From Selenomonadales bacterium (GTDB lineage Bacteria; Bacillota; Negativicutes; RGIG982), in NCBI GenBank assembly GCA_017442105.1, contig JAFSAX010000063.1:1-36875 (forward strand): 36,875 nt of DNA, given 5' to 3'. Within the stretch, counting starts at the first letter, position 1. The number at the start of each line of letters is the position of its first letter. The position numbers were made by a program, and so were the translations under genes. Below the pieces are notes generated by a model that did no database searches, was not told the origin of the DNA, and worked only from the letters and a program-made list of their open reading frames with translations. Positions 34,524-36,875 of this stretch are shown piece after piece.

Positions 34524-36158
34524 CTAGAAACGATAATTCGCCGTCGCATGGACGCGCACCGCATCGATGCGTTCGCCGTTATAATCTCGCTCGAGCGGTA
34601 CACCGACCAAAAGTGTCGCACTTGCCGTCGGCGCGAACTTCCACGTATAGCCGCCGCCTACACTTGCCATCGCATGATCGTCATATTGATTGTGTCCGAG
34701 CACGATACCGCCGTCCGCGAACCATACCCATTCACTGCGATGCGTATCGGGCACACGATATTCGAGATTCAGTGACAGACCGCTGTCTGCGCTGAGATAG
34801 TTCTCCTCATACCCGCGTACGCTGTACACACCGCCGATATAAAACTGCTCTGCCGATGCGAGATAATGATTAAGCGCCGCCTGCCCGTAAAGACGCATCG
34901 TAAATAAACTTCTGTCCCGGTTCAGCTTCTGATACATCGCCGTCAGAAGATATCTGCCAGACGTTTTTTCTCGCGACTCGATATTCTCCCACTCGCTGAC
35001 CGAATAGCTGTGACTGTGATAAAGGATACTGTTTTTGCCGTAATCGGTAAACGACACCGCACCCGTCACGCTCGTAATGGAATCATCTACCCACGCATAC
35101 TGCATAAAATTCGTCTTGGAATCCTGATGACCGATCGCAAGCGAGGCTTCTGCTTTATGATTCTTCGTCACCTTGATCGGCATCGTATACGTCAATGCCA
35201 TCGCCGAAGAATGACCTCTGACATCAAGCGGTGCCAGCTCGCCGTTCTTCGTATGGACGCTGTTCGCCGCAAACGACACGTCGATGCGCTGACCGTTCGT
35301 TCCGACAGGAAGTCCGTACCGCACCGAAGCGCTCTTCACACCGTCCGAAAAGAGCGTCCCGACTTGCAGACTGTCGCGCTTCCCCGTCATGCTGGCGTTA
35401 TAGAAGCTAAGACCGCCGCGCCACTCGCCGCTCGACTCCGCACCTGCGTTATCGGTAAACAGATTCCACACCTCTCGCTCAGGCTCGAATGCGAAGATCT
35501 CATAATCGGTCGTCCCTTCGCGATGACCTGCCTTCAGGCGCACACGAAGCTGTACATCATTCGTCCCGTTAAAATGCACCACATCATCACTAAGCTCTGT
35601 CATACTTACGACCTTGCCCTCTTCGAGCGGCAATCTGTCCGTAATATACGATCCATCCGTCGATTCGTTGCCCGTGATCGTTACGAATCCCGTCTTGCCT
35701 TCAAGAAGCGATATCTTTACCACACCGCCTTTGATCGTCTGCGGTGCGATACCTGCACGACAAACGACATAGCCTTTCTGTTCGTAAAGCGCATTGATCT
35801 CATCGACCAGACGGTACAGCTTCTTGAGCGTAACAGACGTATGCAGATACGGCTTCTTCAGCGCATCAAGCTCCTCTGCCGTCAGCACCGTCGATTCATC
35901 GAACACGATATCCGTCAACACGAACGTAATATCGCTCTGCGTTGCCTCTGCACCATCAGGCGCGACCTGCTCGACCATATCGCCACGGTCACGCATCAAC
36001 TCTTCTTCCATCTGACGTTCAATCTGTTGTCGTTCAAAAAATGTGCGGTCTTGATTCAACTGCACACCCGCATCGGGCGATGCCCATACTGCACCCTCCG
36101 ACAAGATCATCATCGCACCAAGTCCGATTCCCATAAGAGCTAATCTCTTCTTCATCAT
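34524..36158 (-). CDS. TpsB outer-membrane transporter (ShlB/FhaC/HecB, Omp85 superfamily)
   Basis: 544 aa. Signal peptide MMKKRLALMGIGLGAMMILSEGAVWA. A POTRA-like N-terminal region is followed by a beta-barrel with alternating hydrophobicity. It carries the conserved L6 motif VRGY (GGVYSVRGYEE) and an aromatic C-terminus ...TANYRF. AAGGAG SD lies upstream. Its stop is 15 nt upstream of the tpsA ATG. Confidence 0.9.
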   Translation of the reverse strand: MMKKRLALMGIGLGAMMILSEGAVWASPDAGVQLNQDRTFFERQQIERQMEEELMRDRGDMVEQVAPDGAEATQSDITFVLTDIVFDESTVLTAEELDALKKPYLHTSVTLKKLYRLVDEINALYEQKGYVVCRAGIAPQTIKGGVVKISLLEGKTGFVTITGNESTDGSYITDRLPLEEGKVVSMTELSDDVVHFNGTNDVQLRVRLKAGHREGTTDYEIFAFEPEREVWNLFTDNAGAESSGEWRGGLSFYNASMTGKRDSLQVGTLFSDGVKSASVRYGLPVGTNGQRIDVSFAANSVHTKNGELAPLDVRGHSSAMALTYTMPIKVTKNHKAEASLAIGHQDSKTNFMQYAWVDDSITSVTGAVSFTDYGKNSILYHSHSYSVSEWENIESREKTSGRYLLTAMYQKLNRDRSLFTMRLYGQAALNHYLASAEQFYIGGVYSVRGYEENYLSADSGLSLNLEYRVPDTHRSEWVWFADGGIVLGHNQYDDHAMASVGGGYTWKFAPTASATLLVGVPLERDYNGERIDAVRVHATANYRF

Positions 36159-36256
36159 CTATTGCTCCTTTACGCTTCCGAAAAGCATTATTTTTATTAT
36201 TGTTATTATTACTTATAATCAATAAATTCAAGGAATGTCTACTAACCCATGTTCTC

Positions 36257-36285
36257 ATTATATCTTGAAAAAATCACCATTTCAA
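36257..36285 (-). promoter_or_regulatory. Sigma-A-type promoter of the tpsB-tpsA operon
   Basis: The minus strand reads TTGAAA-17 nt-TATAAT. This predicts a ~90-nt AT-rich 5' UTR. Confidence 0.5.
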
Positions 36286-36331
36286 CCAATTTTACAGAAA
36301 ATTTCGGCGATGCAAAACCGCTTTTTTACAT

Positions 36332-36360
36332 AAAAAAAGACCCTGCGAAAACGCAAGGTC
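36332..36360 (-). terminator. Intrinsic terminator after tRNA-Gly
   Basis: Stem GACCCTGCG (36339-36347) / CGCAAGGTC (36352-36360), with one G-T pair. It is followed on the minus strand by T7 (complement of 36332-36338). Confidence 0.7.
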
Positions 36361-36371
36361 GTATCATCATA

Positions 36372-36445
36372 TGGAGCGGGCAAGGAGAATCGAACTCCCA
36401 TATTCAGCTTGGGAAGCTGATGTTCTACCACTAAACTATGCCCGC
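36372..36445 (-). tRNA. tRNA-Gly (anticodon CCC)
   Basis: Cloverleaf folded by hand. Acceptor GCGGGCA/TGCCCGC. Anticodon stem TCAGC/GCTGA with loop TTCCCAA. T-arm GGGAG-TTCGATT-CTCCT. CCA is encoded. Confidence 0.95.
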
Positions 36446-36457
36446 AACTGTTATTTT

Positions 36458-36486
36458 ATTATACACCATTCGCGCTGTCGTCACAA
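36458..36486 (-). promoter_or_regulatory. Promoter of the stand-alone tRNA-Gly gene
   Basis: The minus strand reads TTGTGA-17 nt-TATAAT. The -10 ends ~12 nt before the mature tRNA 5' end. Confidence 0.5.
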
Positions 36487-36502
36487 GGCGAACGATGGCA
36501 AA

Positions 36503-36533
36503 GAAATAAAAAAGACCTGCGCTAACAGGTCTT
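36503..36533 (-). terminator. Intrinsic terminator after tRNA-Val
   Basis: The minus strand reads AAGACCTG-ttagcg-CAGGTCTT followed by TTTTTATTTC. Confidence 0.7.
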
Positions 36534-36539
36534 GATTTC

Positions 36540-36615
36540 TGGTGGGCGATGACAGGATCGAACTGCCGACATTCTGCTTGTAAGGCAGACGCTCTCCCAG
36601 CTGAGCTAATCGCCC
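36540..36615 (-). tRNA. tRNA-Val (anticodon TAC)
   Basis: Acceptor GGGCGAT/ATCGCCC. D-arm GCTC-AGCTGGGA-GAGC. Anticodon stem TCTGC/GCAGA with loop CTTACAA. T-loop TTCGATC. CCA is encoded. Confidence 0.95.
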
Positions 36616-36800
36616 TTTGCGTGCCGATCCCGCTTTGTACCTCGCTCCGCTTTGCATGCCGTAGCTTTTGCTGCGAAATCCGGTGAACATTCGGTTTCAG
36701 CTCAAAGATGATCGTTCCTTGTTTCGCTTCGCGTCCCGAAGGTACGCTTTTACGAAGGAAGATCGTATATCCAATCGGAGCAAGCTCCGTATTTGGCAAA

Positions 36801-36875
36801 TGGTGACGCGTATGGGATTCGAACCCATGTAGCCGCCGTGAAAGGGCGGTGTCTTAACCGCTTGACCAACGCGCC
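36801..36875 (-). tRNA. tRNA-Glu (anticodon TTC), ending exactly at the window edge
   Basis: GGCGCGTTGGTCAAGCGGTTAAGACACCGCCCTTTCACGGCGG...TTCGAATCCCAT...CCA. It is near-identical in its core to the B. subtilis tRNA-Glu as I recall it. Anticodon loop is CTTTCAC. Confidence 0.9.

Noticed and set aside
36159-36256. The AT-rich 5' UTR of tpsB (…AATAATAACAATAATAAAAATAAT…) as a phase-variable simple-sequence repeat.
   Set aside because: It contains only short imperfect ATT/AAT runs. There is no homopolymer or perfect multi-copy short repeat of the kind that drives slipped-strand phase variation.
16137-36445. A tRNA-adjacent genomic island or prophage remnant, suggested by a CI-like repressor at one end and tRNA genes at the other.
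   Set aside because: There is no integrase, recombinase or phage structural gene. I could not find a direct repeat of the tRNA-Gly 3' end (GGAGTTCGATTCTCCTTGCCCGCTCCA) near 16100-18300, and no compositional break is obvious by eye. The idea is unsupported by this window alone. A k-mer or GC-skew scan and comparative genomics would be needed.
36431-36799. 122-aa and 69-aa minus-strand ORFs, and the 61-aa plus-strand ORF at 36249-36434.
   Set aside because: They overlap tRNA-Val, tRNA-Gly and terminators. tRNA cloverleaves explain these sequences.

Overview
The window has no rRNA, CRISPR array, transposase or integrase. It looks like chromosomal DNA from a diderm Firmicute of the Negativicutes/Selenomonadales type. 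That assignment is an inference from Firmicute-type AddAB, GlpP and a B. subtilis-like tRNA-Glu sitting next to an outer-membrane two-partner secretion (TPS) system.

Layout:
- 115-11332 (-): tightly packed DNA-end-processing operon sbcD-sbcC-addB-addA, bounded by intrinsic terminators.
- 11448-12745 (-): MgtC/SapB-family membrane protein and a GlpP-family antiterminator.
- 12887-16075 (+): pantothenate operon (Rossmann/DUF2520-like oxidoreductase, panB, panC, panD). It is preceded by a ~210-nt leader that ends in an intrinsic terminator.
- 16137-17768: an orphan 208-aa protein with an HsdR-N/PD-(D/E)xK-like fold. Next to it is an unannotated 25-aa hydrophobic peptide gene with its own promoter, Shine-Dalgarno (SD) site and terminator. 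That peptide gene is transcribed divergently from a repressor with an XRE-type HTH and an S24 (LexA/CI-like) peptidase domain. The shared control region holds interlocked promoters and three TGTTGATT-containing palindromes.
- 17825-36158 (-): TPS locus. It comprises a TpsB transporter, a 5,395-aa TpsA exoprotein and a small 148-aa downstream ORF. The last ~227 residues of TpsA switch to a non-repeat domain.
- 36372-36875 (-): tRNA-Gly(CCC), tRNA-Val(TAC) and tRNA-Glu(TTC), with an unexplained 185-nt structured spacer between Glu and Val.

Most worth following up:
1. The CdiA-like C-terminal domain plus the orphan downstream ORF.
2. The damage-repressor / tiny membrane peptide module.
3. The attenuator-type leader of the pan operon next to a glp-less GlpP homologue.

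The many long antisense ORFs in the track are codon-aligned shadow ORFs and are rejected.
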